Below are positions 29,389 through 38,729 of a DNA stretch of 57,578 bases, in pieces. A model generated the notes under the pieces. That model made no database searches. It worked only from the letters and a program-made list of their open reading frames with translations, and had not been told where the DNA came from. The stretch lies in assembly GCA_019057865.1 (NCBI GenBank), contig JAHLWP010000026.1, forward strand, positions 1 to 57,578. The letters run 5' to 3'. How positions within the stretch are numbered: position 1 is the stretch's first letter; the number at the start of each line of letters is the position of its first letter. A program made the translations under genes and the position numbers. The stretch is from Promethearchaeota archaeon. GTDB lineage: Archaea; Asgardarchaeota; Lokiarchaeia; Sigyniarchaeales; SOKP01.

Positions 29389-31098
29389 TTAAAGAAATCC
29401 ATATGGAAAAAAGCTAACCGAGATCCATGCATAGAAAATGCATAAGAAGATAGTAGACCCTAAAATATTACGTCCTGACCATAAATAAACCCAATTTACT
29501 GCGAATTGTTGAATAATTAAAAATGCAACCCAAACTGATAGATACAATGTAGGCACAGGTAAACTAGCTAAGCGGAGCCAACTTATAAGTAAAATTATGC
29601 CTAAAAGAAAGGTTTCCATGAAAATTCCGATACCTACCATAGTAAAATACTCTTTAAATTTATTTTTAGTAGTTAATTTCCCTTGAACATTCCTAAAATA
29701 GAATTCTTTAGTTAATATAAAAGGAAAGAGTACAAGTGTTATCCCTAATATTGTTCCATACTCCCTTATTGATGGTAAAGTATTTTGGACTGACCAATGC
29801 CAGACTGCTGCTATAGAATATATTAATATTAAAGCTGAGAGAATCCCATATATGATTGAATTTCTAGAATTTGTTGAGCTCATCTCCTTAATTTTTAAAG
29901 AAAAGTCCTTAATGGAATGGTTTTCTTCTCGTCGCATTATAAGAAAATAATATATAATGATCGTTCCAATTGCAGCTCCAATAATTAAAGGCAATGTTCC
30001 GTCAAATCCCGATAGGGGTATAATACCTGAGAAAAATTCTCCAGGTAAAAATAGCATAAATCCGATTTCGACTAGAACGACAAGAATGGAATAATACGCT
30101 ATAAGTTTATATATTGAAATATCTCCTGCTCCTTTCAATATTTCTTTTTCTGGATATACAGTTTTACGTTTAAAAAGATAATTGCTAAGATATACTATGA
30201 CTATAAAGCTGAGGGTTACTACTCCAAATAAAGAGATATAAGAAAAAATTTGGATGTATGTTGAGGTTATCACAATATCATTTGCTCTTGCTCCGTTAAA
30301 AGCTTGTTCGAACTATTGCACTGTTTCATAGATAATATTGGCGTCTTTTACTTCAAACATGTGTTCAGAAAAAGGGCTTATAAAACCCATAGTATTATTT
30401 CCCCCGATAAAATCTCCATCAAGTAATTCACCGATTGCCACATTACTCCGACCTTTATAAAACCTCAATGCATTAAGAAGATTCTCTCTTGTTGCTCCCT
30501 GTTCAAACAGTCCAATTGCCAGTAAAAGATTAGAAACATTTAAAATATCTTCACGCTCATCGGGCACAGCTCCGATTGCCACTGTTGCATTAACTCTACT
30601 TGGATATGTCCTCGAAAAAGCTAATACAGCTCCACCACCCATTGAATGTCCAACAAGCCCGATTTCGGTAACATAAGAGACATTATATTCAAGATAATCA
30701 ACTGCTGCTTTAACATCATTAATTAATTCGCTACGTAAGAGAAAACCATCAGAAGCACCATGCCCTCGAAAATCAAGGTTAATTACAGTAAATCCACGCT
30801 TTACAAGCTCTATACTTAAGGGTTGCATATGTTGAACGTTACCGCAGTAGCCATGGCCCACAACTATGCCCCCATGATTCTTCTCCCCCTTTGGAGTGTA
30901 TTTTAAAGCATTAAGTCTAGTTCCATCCTCAGAAGTAAGCGTTAATGGTTCAGTTTTGTAAGGATTTTCTAAATCAGGAATATATATGAAAATTATAAGT
31001 GGTATAACGCCAATAAGTATTATTATGATACTTACTAACAGTCCTAATTTTTTTTTGTCTGATTTTAAATTTTTTAGTATTGACATGATGTTTTTCAA
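29389..31098 (-). pseudogene. Membrane-anchored alpha/beta hydrolase with multi-TM C-terminus, interrupted by one in-frame TAG (30313-30315)
   Basis: HGY, DFRGHG, GHSMGG, EH catalytic His; reads YETVQ*FEQAFNGARANDIVITS in frame into ORF 29389..30273. Confidence 0.8.
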
Positions 31099-31315
31099 TT
31101 TAGATTTTTAATTGATTTTAATTTTCGTCGTTGTTATATTTAACACTAATTATTCTACCAAAATCAAAAATAGGACCTCTCAAAATCAATGGCAATTAAG
31201 AAACTTTATAATAGTTAAGAATATTGAATATCTGAATTTACTTTTATTTAAAAAAAACCATTACAGTATAATATAGATGGAAAATGAATTCTTATAATTA
31301 AGTAAGTGATTTTTA

Positions 31316-32383
31316 ATGAAATTTACCGAATACACAAAAGGGTACATAACTAAGATTAATGATGTAATAAAATCAATTTATGATAAAAAATTAAATAATA
31401 TATCAAATCAATTTTTAAGAGAATATTATTCTGAATTGAAGGACTACTTTTTATCAGGAGGTAAGAGAATACGTCCGTTACTCTGCATTGCTACATATAA
31501 CGCTTTTACTACTAATGCTGATGAAAAGATTATATTTCCAAGTGTTGGAATAGAATTTCTTCATAATGCGTCATTAATACATGATGATATTATTGATAAG
31601 GATAATTTTAGAAGGGGAAAACCCGCATTTCATTTCAGATTTCGAAATTATCATCAAAAATACGATTTAAAAAAAATGAATGCATTAGATTTTGGAAATT
31701 CTATTGGGATAATTGGGGGTGATTCCGCCTTTTTCTTGGGACTGGAAGTTTATTTATTCAACGAATTTGAGCGAGATATAAACCTAAGAGCAATCCAATA
31801 TTATGAGCAAGCATTTATCGAAGTAGCTAATGGAGTGTTGATTGAAACAGATATGGTAAACCAAAAAAATCTTACAATATCAGATTATATTAATATGATT
31901 TCACTTAAGACGGGAGCATTAATAGAAAAATCACTCCTAATAGGTGCTAATTATGCCAAAGTTGATGAAAAATATTTATCACATCTTTCTACATACGGGA
32001 TCAATTTGGGAATTATATTTCAGATAATAGATGATATTTTAGGGACATTTGGAGATGAAAAAATTACAGGAAAACCTACAGATGGAGATATTAGAGAAGG
32101 AAAATGGACGTGTTTATTGATAGAAGCATACAATAAATTAGATAGTAATGAAAAAGCTCGACTAAATGAATTAATCGAAAATCCAAATATTACTGATAAT
32201 AATGTTCAAGAAGTAAAAGAATTGTTTCTTAAAGCTGATGTTATTAATTATAGTAAAAAATTGGCAGATTCTTATTATAAAAAGGCTCAAATAGCACTTG
32301 ATAAACTAAAACTTGTTATTCATAAGTCAGAATTAGAATTTTATGAAAACTTATTAAATTTTGTCGTAGAAAGAAAATTCTAA
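31316..32383 (+). CDS. idsA: trans-Polyprenyl diphosphate synthase (GGPP synthase family)
   Basis: GGKRIRP, LIHDDIID..RRG, KTGAL, FQIIDD, GDIREGK. Confidence 0.92.
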   Translation: MKFTEYTKGYITKINDVIKSIYDKKLNNISNQFLREYYSELKDYFLSGGKRIRPLLCIATYNAFTTNADEKIIFPSVGIEFLHNASLIHDDIIDKDNFRRGKPAFHFRFRNYHQKYDLKKMNALDFGNSIGIIGGDSAFFLGLEVYLFNEFERDINLRAIQYYEQAFIEVANGVLIETDMVNQKNLTISDYINMISLKTGALIEKSLLIGANYAKVDEKYLSHLSTYGINLGIIFQIIDDILGTFGDEKITGKPTDGDIREGKWTCLLIEAYNKLDSNEKARLNELIENPNITDNNVQEVKELFLKADVINYSKKLADSYYKKAQIALDKLKLVIHKSELEFYENLLNFVVERKF

Positions 32384-32444
32384 AAAAAAAATCTATTTTT
32401 TAATATTAGTTTACTGAATAATCGAATAGCCTGGGATAATTTGA

Positions 32445-32705
32445 ATGTCTGGGTTAAAAATTCCCTTATATATGATTTTTGATATTAGACCAGTAAAATT
32501 TATTCCAACTAAGGATGGTGGAATGGATATCTTAGCTTTTAATTGGAATACAGGAGAATTTAAAAAGGATCTTAGTTATTTAAGTAAACTTTTTAGACAT
32601 TCACCGGATGCTTATGAAGTAACTGAAAAAGAATTTTTTAAGCATGTTAATAAATTAATTGAAAAAATAAATCAGAGAAAAATAAAAAGAATTAGAAAAG
32701 GTTAA
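32445..32705 (+). CDS. Small hypothetical protein
   Basis: 86-aa ORF with protein-like composition (RPVKF...GGMDILAFNW.TGEF). Confidence 0.6.
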   Translation: MSGLKIPLYMIFDIRPVKFIPTKDGGMDILAFNWNTGEFKKDLSYLSKLFRHSPDAYEVTEKEFFKHVNKLIEKINQRKIKRIRKG

Positions 32706-33351
32706 TATCTTTATAATCAACATAATTTAAATTCTTTTTAGCAACTCCAAATTCACGAAGTTGTTTATTTAAATTCAAAATAGCTTCTTTAATTGTTTCC
32801 TTTATCTTAGCACCTAAACACACTATTTTTCCTGTTGAGAAAATAAGAAAAACTATTTTTGGATCTTGCATTCTATAAATTAAACCTGGAAAAACTTCAG
32901 GTTCATACATAACATTCTCCATTTTGATAGTCATCATATTTAAATCTACATTTATGTTGAGTTCGCCAGTTGCTACTATATTTTGAATAGTTATTTTTGG
33001 ATTTTTTATTTTAAATCCAAATTTTTGCATGTTTTCAATTGTCTGTTGAATAACTATATCTGCTTCTGTTATTTTTTTAAGACCAGTAATAACCATTCTA
33101 CCGGAAGAAAATATTAATAATGTGGCATGTGGTTTTTCAATTCTCATTATAAGCCCGGGAAAGCGATCTGGATAATATTCTACATTAGAAAAATTTTGAA
33201 TAATTCGATTTAGGTCAATTTTTCCGTCAATTTCATTGATCACAGTACCAACAATATTTACAATTTTATATGAGAGATCATGATTATCAGTGTTTTTTTC
33301 TACTAATTTTTCAATTACAACTTTATTTTCAAAATTGTCTTCACTAATTAT
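32692..33351 (-). CDS. tbp: TATA-box binding protein; start extended beyond the ORF-track GTG at 33243
   Basis: Two TBP repeats (Y.P..FPGLI.R..P...LIFS.G..V..G); the first-repeat KIVNIVGT lies upstream of 33243 in a frame open to 33360. Confidence 0.9.
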   Translation of the reverse strand: MISEDNFENKVVIEKLVEKNTDNHDLSYKIVNIVGTVINEIDGKIDLNRIIQNFSNVEYYPDRFPGLIMRIEKPHATLLIFSSGRMVITGLKKITEADIVIQQTIENMQKFGFKIKNPKITIQNIVATGELNINVDLNMMTIKMENVMYEPEVFPGLIYRMQDPKIVFLIFSTGKIVCLGAKIKETIKEAILNLNKQLREFGVAKKNLNYVDYKDINLF

Positions 33352-33610
33352 TTTTCCCCTTCAGATTTTATATTAAACGAATATAAAATTAATTAAAAAG
33401 GATTTAATAGTTAAAATTATATTATTGATTTTTAACATCTTATGATCTAAATGAAACATCCCAATTTAACTTTTTATCATATTATACGTTTATCACTTTT
33501 TTATTGTTATTTATTAGAATTTTAAGAAAATAGATAAGATCTAAAAATAATTAAAGAATTACACACAACTAAAATAATATAACCTTAAACACCAATGGTG
33601 ATGAATTTTA

Positions 33611-34159
33611 GTGTTAATTGCAATTACTGGTGCTACTGGCGTCCAAATAGCCATTAAATTACTAGAAAGCCTGAATAAAAAAAGGATTATGACTGAACTG
33701 ATAATTTCAAAAATAGCTAAGGAAATAATTAATATTGAAACAGATATCAATATCTCTGATATTCGAAAATTAGCTGATAAAAACTATGATGTTGAAGATC
33801 TAACAGCACCTCCTGCGAGTGGGTCGTATAGGATTGATACAATGGTTATTGTCCCATGTTCGATGAAAACATTGGCTGCTATTGCTAACGGTTATGCAGA
33901 TAACCTAATAACTAGAGCCGCGGATGTGATGATAAAAGAAAAAAGAAAACTTATCCTTGTAGTGAGGGAAAGTCCTCTAAGTGCAATTCATCTTGAGAAC
34001 ATGCTTAAATTAGCAAAACTTGGAGTTGTAATAGCACCACCAGTTCCTTCCTATTACATCAAACCTAAAAGTGTGGATGATTTAATTGAATATACCGTTG
34101 GAAGATTATTAGACCAGATAGGTATAGAAAGCGATATAAAAAGATGGGGTAATGAGTAA
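33611..34159 (+). CDS. ubiX: Flavin prenyltransferase UbiX
   Basis: IAITGATG, ASGS, PCSMKTLAAIANG..DNL..RAADV..KE, RESPL. Confidence 0.95.
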   Translation: MLIAITGATGVQIAIKLLESLNKKRIMTELIISKIAKEIINIETDINISDIRKLADKNYDVEDLTAPPASGSYRIDTMVIVPCSMKTLAAIANGYADNLITRAADVMIKEKRKLILVVRESPLSAIHLENMLKLAKLGVVIAPPVPSYYIKPKSVDDLIEYTVGRLLDQIGIESDIKRWGNE

Positions 34160-34352
34160 CTTATCTAAACCAATTCCAGAAGAAATTGCTCTCCAAATCT
34201 GTGAAGAAGTAAGAGAACATAATAAGAAAAAAAAACTCAGCTTTGCAAAATTTTTGATGCTAAATACTAAGAAGCATAATTCTGTAAACCTATTGATTTA
34301 TCCACTGAGAAAGTTTTCCAGTAATTACTCTTTTATTTTTATTCCCCTTTAA
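34152..34352 (+). CDS. Small hypothetical protein, possibly a truncated remnant
   Basis: ATG overlaps the ubiX 3' end; N-terminal KPIPEEIALQICEEVREHN looks protein-like; the tail overlaps the convergent gene. Confidence 0.35.
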   Translation: MSNLSKPIPEEIALQICEEVREHNKKKKLSFAKFLMLNTKKHNSVNLLIYPLRKFSSNYSFIFIPL

Positions 34353-36203
34353 TGCATTAATGTTTTTTAGATTTAAGAGCCAAAGACAGGATTTTAATTC
34401 ATTTTTAAGAGTCCTTATTTCTTTTATTGTATTAGATATAGATCCTTGTTGCTGATCAATTAGTGAAGATTTTAAAAATTTAAAAGCAAATCCTCCGATA
34501 TCAGCACCTAATACAATACTTTTTGCAATATCCTTACCTGTTCTTAACCCTCCTGTAGCAATTATTAGTTTTTTTGATATATTTCTGACATTTAGAATAC
34601 TAACAGGTGTAGGGATACCCCATTCTCTAAAAACGTCCGCTAATTTTCGACTATATCTATTGATGTTATCTTTATTTCGATAGGATTCAATAGCTGCAAA
34701 ACTGGTGCCTCCTGCACCTCCAACATCAAATCCATTAAAACCAAGATCATCTAGTGATTTAGCAAGTTCCTTATTGAACCCTGATCCCACCTCTTTTGCT
34801 AGTATTGGAACATTAGTAGATTCACGAATTTTTTTAAAATTTTTCTTAAATAGTTTAAAAGATATATCTCCTTTATCCTGAACTAATTCATGTAAAGCAT
34901 TAAAATGGATCGCCATAGCATCTGCTTTTATCATATCAATACATTTTGTGAAATCCTCTAGTTTAAAATTTGGACTTCCAACTTGCCCAATGCCAATATT
35001 TCCTATAATAGGGATATTGGGAGCGACTTTTCTTACAATTTGAAATGATTCTTGATTCTCAGGATTAATTAGTCCAGCACGTTGACTTCCAACGCTCATG
35101 ATTATATTTTCTTTTTCAGCTGAAGTTGCGAGGATCTCATTCAAATCTTTTGATAAAGGATGACCTCCCGTTATTGCGGCGATACAGATTGGGGCAGATA
35201 CAAATTTATTAAAAAAATTCACAGATAGGTCAATCTCATTAAGATCAATTTCAGGTAATGAATGATGAATTAACTCAATATATTTAAAATAATTTTTGAA
35301 ATGTTGAACATTATATTTGATAGGTATTTTGAGATGTTCTATCTTTCTATTACTAATATTTTGATTTTCATCATGTTTTGAAGGTTTAATTTCTGTGCAT
35401 TTGATCTTTTGACCTTTTAAGGCTTTAAGTATATTTCCATTTTCTAATCCATTAATAATTTGCACAGGAATATTATATTTACATATCTCTTTTATAGCGT
35501 TTATTTTTCCTCTAATACCTCCAGTAACATCAATTTTTTGACCTAGTGCTGCTAATTTTAAGCTGTCTAATTCGTTGGAATTGCATTCTGTAACCAATAT
35601 ACTTTTCTCATCATTATCTAGAATATATAATCCATCAGTTTCCCCCGTAAATATGACTTTTGAGACGCTGTACTTATTTAAATTTTCACATAACTCAAAA
35701 ATTATCGTATCTCCAGATATAATTGAAAATGAACCTTTTTTATCAAGAATAATGTCACCATACAAAATAGGTAATATATTAAGATCTAAGGCAGTTTCAA
35801 TAATATCAATAGAGTATGTTGAAATAATCTGAGAATCTTTGATAAAAATACTTGAAGCTTGAATTGATAACGCGGGATATTTTTGTTCTAAAAACAAATT
35901 AATTATACGGGAATTAAATTTATTCATTGATTGGTGAGTCTCAGTAAGTCCAAGAATTTGATTTAAGATAGATGAATCAATTCCCGTAGAAATATTATAC
36001 TTTTTAGCAAGAGGATGACCAAATGATCCTCCTCCATGAATCAATATAATTTTTTTATTAGCATCAATTATTTGCTGAATTACACTTCTTACAACATCTT
36101 CTCTAATAGAAAAAGGTTTATTTTTATCAGTTAATAAACTTCCACCTAATTTTAAGAGAATTATTTCATTACTACTCTTCAATTTTATATTCCACTCATC
36201 CAA
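34290..36203 (-). CDS. fni: Fusion of isopentenyl phosphate kinase (N-term) and type 2 isopentenyl-diphosphate isomerase (C-term)
   Basis: LKLGGSLLTDK, HGGGSFGH, SGD, DVTGGI..K (IPK); RKIEHL, AITGG, VGSQR, KEVG.G, GAGGTSFAAIE, WGIPT, GGLRTG.D (IDI-2). Confidence 0.92.
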   Translation of the reverse strand: MDEWNIKLKSSNEIILLKLGGSLLTDKNKPFSIREDVVRSVIQQIIDANKKIILIHGGGSFGHPLAKKYNISTGIDSSILNQILGLTETHQSMNKFNSRIINLFLEQKYPALSIQASSIFIKDSQIISTYSIDIIETALDLNILPILYGDIILDKKGSFSIISGDTIIFELCENLNKYSVSKVIFTGETDGLYILDNDEKSILVTECNSNELDSLKLAALGQKIDVTGGIRGKINAIKEICKYNIPVQIINGLENGNILKALKGQKIKCTEIKPSKHDENQNISNRKIEHLKIPIKYNVQHFKNYFKYIELIHHSLPEIDLNEIDLSVNFFNKFVSAPICIAAITGGHPLSKDLNEILATSAEKENIIMSVGSQRAGLINPENQESFQIVRKVAPNIPIIGNIGIGQVGSPNFKLEDFTKCIDMIKADAMAIHFNALHELVQDKGDISFKLFKKNFKKIRESTNVPILAKEVGSGFNKELAKSLDDLGFNGFDVGGAGGTSFAAIESYRNKDNINRYSRKLADVFREWGIPTPVSILNVRNISKKLIIATGGLRTGKDIAKSIVLGADIGGFAFKFLKSSLIDQQQGSISNTIKEIRTLKNELKSCLWLLNLKNINALKGNKNKRVITGKLSQWINQ

Positions 36204-37131
36204 TCATTGTTCTCCAGGCATCATATCCTTCTTTTTCAATAGCCTTTGCTATTTTTTCTTGAATTTCTTCGTTTTCAGCTAAAGCAATAACTAAGCCACC
36301 TCGTCCAGTTCCAGTCATTTTAGCTCCTATTGCCCCGTTTTTAAGTGCCAAATTAACTAACTTATCATTTATCCCTCCAGAAACCGTGATCTCTTGTAGT
36401 AATTTGTGATTTTGATTCATTAAATTACCAATAACTAGAATATCTCCGTCAAGTAAGGCTTTTTTTGCTTCCTCTGCTAAATTTTTATATTTACTAAATA
36501 TTTTATCAAACTTTTTTGGATTTTCTTCTTTTAATCGTCTAACATCAGCAACTACTTCTGTTGTTGAAGCTGTTATTCCCGAATTTGCAATTACTAATAA
36601 CATCTTTTTTGGTGATTGAAGAAGATCCATCGTATTTTTCTCACCACTTAAATTTTTAACAAACCAAATTAATCCACCATAAGTCGAAGCAGTATTATCG
36701 ATACCAGAAGGTGTTCCATGATAAGCTTTCTCTCCTTCATACGCCGCTTCATTAATCTTTTCATCATCTAAATCTAGCTTAAAACTATCATTCAAAGCAC
36801 GAGCAAGTGATGTACATTGAGCAGCTGAAGCACCTACCCCGCTTGCAGCAATTAAATCTCCGGAAAAGGTTATTTCAAGCTTCTGACTTTCTATATCCAC
36901 CTTTAGGTGTTCAATTATATTTGTAATTGATTGTAATGCCTCGTTATATTTCTTTTTTTTATAGCCAGGAGTAGCAGGTCTCTGATCGTCGACTGTCCAA
37001 CCTTTACCAAGAACGACTTTAACATTGGCGATTGTATAGGATCCCAAGGCCGATGCGATTGCTGGTAATCCATACACCACAAAATGTTCTCCGAATAATA
37101 TTGTCTTTCCATATCCCTTACCAGATCCCAT
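36196..37131 (-). CDS. mvk: Mevalonate kinase
   Basis: GKTILFGEHFVVYG, GVGASAA, HGTPSGIDN, GAKMTGTGRGG. Confidence 0.93.
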   Translation of the reverse strand: MGSGKGYGKTILFGEHFVVYGLPAIASALGSYTIANVKVVLGKGWTVDDQRPATPGYKKKKYNEALQSITNIIEHLKVDIESQKLEITFSGDLIAASGVGASAAQCTSLARALNDSFKLDLDDEKINEAAYEGEKAYHGTPSGIDNTASTYGGLIWFVKNLSGEKNTMDLLQSPKKMLLVIANSGITASTTEVVADVRRLKEENPKKFDKIFSKYKNLAEEAKKALLDGDILVIGNLMNQNHKLLQEITVSGGINDKLVNLALKNGAIGAKMTGTGRGGLVIALAENEEIQEKIAKAIEKEGYDAWRTMIG

Positions 37132-37521
37132 TTATTTCACCTCTACGATCCCTTCAGAACCATTAACAATTACATTTTGTCCAGTATGAATATTATTAAT
37201 ATCAATTTTATCTACACAAGGAATTTCACTAATTATACATCCTACTGCTACGATTGTGTCAATTTGCTTGTTTACAATTGCTACTGGAGCAGTATTGTTT
37301 TTCTTCATTCTATACATTGTGTATGATCCAACTGTTGAACCTTTACCAGTTGGAAATACTAGAACTTTTCCCGTTATTGATTGACCTTCAAGTTCATGTC
37401 CAACCTCAACAACTTTGCCAGTATCAGGATCAACACCCCCATAAAACGAAATAGCATCTTTAGTTACAATCGCCTCTGCTTCAGCAGTTCCTTTATATAT
37501 TTTTCTACCTTCTAATTTCAT
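37132..37521 (-). CDS. Phosphomevalonate dehydratase small subunit (AcnX swiveling domain, DUF126)
   Basis: ISFYGGVDPDTG, GKGSTVGSY; start taken at MKLEGR, overlapping the large-subunit stop. Confidence 0.88.
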   Translation of the reverse strand: MKLEGRKIYKGTAEAEAIVTKDAISFYGGVDPDTGKVVEVGHELEGQSITGKVLVFPTGKGSTVGSYTMYRMKKNNTAPVAIVNKQIDTIVAVGCIISEIPCVDKIDINNIHTGQNVIVNGSEGIVEVK

Positions 37522-38726
37522 TTTGTCGCCTCTTCGACACATTTTTCAATTGATCCAATTTTTACTTTAAATTTATTCTTTGCACGACCATAATAACATG
37601 CCTTTGCAGAATCCACCATTATTCCCTTGAAGCGTTCTTTAATTGGGGCTACAACACAGCAAGTATCCGCTGCAAACTTTGCTCCAGCTTCTTCAATAAT
37701 TTTAGAATAACCAGCCTCATCAGCGATTTTTTTTGTAGGTCGAGCAGTTGTTATCCAAAATTCCTTTTTTACTGTTTTTCCTTTTAATAAACTTGTTATT
37801 TTCGCAATTTCGTGAATTGAAGCGTGAGGACAACCAATACTTACAAAATCTATTTCAAGATCTTCATCAGTTAGTTCAGCACGAGTTATATCTAAGTCAT
37901 CTTGATTAATTTCAAATACAATTTTACTTGGTTTAGGGTATTTATTATATTCTGGAGTTATTTCTTCCATGTGGAATAATGCTGTTCCACCATAAGTAGC
38001 AACGGAAGCACAAAATGACTTGAGTTCTTCAACAGTAGCGGAAGGAATTCCCGTGATATAAGGTATTTTTTTTCCTAATTTAACTAATTTATCTCCAATT
38101 ATTTTTCCCAATACGCCAAATTCGTCAGTACCTTTAACCGGAGCATTTATCTTAAATAGGATTTGACCATGACGATTTTCATCCAAATGATAACCGTATT
38201 TAGGAGTTTTTCCAGTTAAAGCCGCTGCTAATGCGCTTGGTCCTCCTTCACGATTAGTCCGGGCTCCAATAACTGAGTTAGAATAACAAACAGCACTGCT
38301 TTCAGCCCAAGCAATATGTTGTCCATAATGAGGTGCATTTCCAATTAAATATGGTGTACAAGAACATGTTGTAATTATACCCATTTTAGCAAAAGCATCT
38401 ATTGCACGATTCTGATTTTTAGCAAACTCTTCATCGATTCCTAATACTTGCCAATTTTCGCGATCCATTCCTGCGGGATTTAAAGTAGTTAATACTCTAA
38501 CCTTTCCATCTTCTGCCATTTCACTTAGAAAATCCAGTCCCGCTTCACCAAGATTATCGTAAGAAACCCCTGCTATCTGAACACCATGAACCTCAACCAT
38601 ATATTCAGCATCAAATATTTCACCTAATGTGGTTAAGATTTCCATAGATTTCATGGCGGCTTTTCCAAATTTGCCATCTAGCATATCTTGCTCTTCTTGA
38701 GTTAATTTCATTTTCATCAACTTCAA
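37518..38726 (-). CDS. Phosphomevalonate dehydratase large subunit (aconitase X, DUF521)
   Basis: GVSY.N, TTLNP, CSCTPY, WAESSA..Y.NSV.GARTNREG, GCPHAS, DTCCVV, DSAKA. Confidence 0.9.
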   Translation of the reverse strand: MKLMKMKLTQEEQDMLDGKFGKAAMKSMEILTTLGEIFDAEYMVEVHGVQIAGVSYDNLGEAGLDFLSEMAEDGKVRVLTTLNPAGMDRENWQVLGIDEEFAKNQNRAIDAFAKMGIITTCSCTPYLIGNAPHYGQHIAWAESSAVCYSNSVIGARTNREGGPSALAAALTGKTPKYGYHLDENRHGQILFKINAPVKGTDEFGVLGKIIGDKLVKLGKKIPYITGIPSATVEELKSFCASVATYGGTALFHMEEITPEYNKYPKPSKIVFEINQDDLDITRAELTDEDLEIDFVSIGCPHASIHEIAKITSLLKGKTVKKEFWITTARPTKKIADEAGYSKIIEEAGAKFAADTCCVVAPIKERFKGIMVDSAKACYYGRAKNKFKVKIGSIEKCVEEATK

Positions 38727-38729
38727 ACA

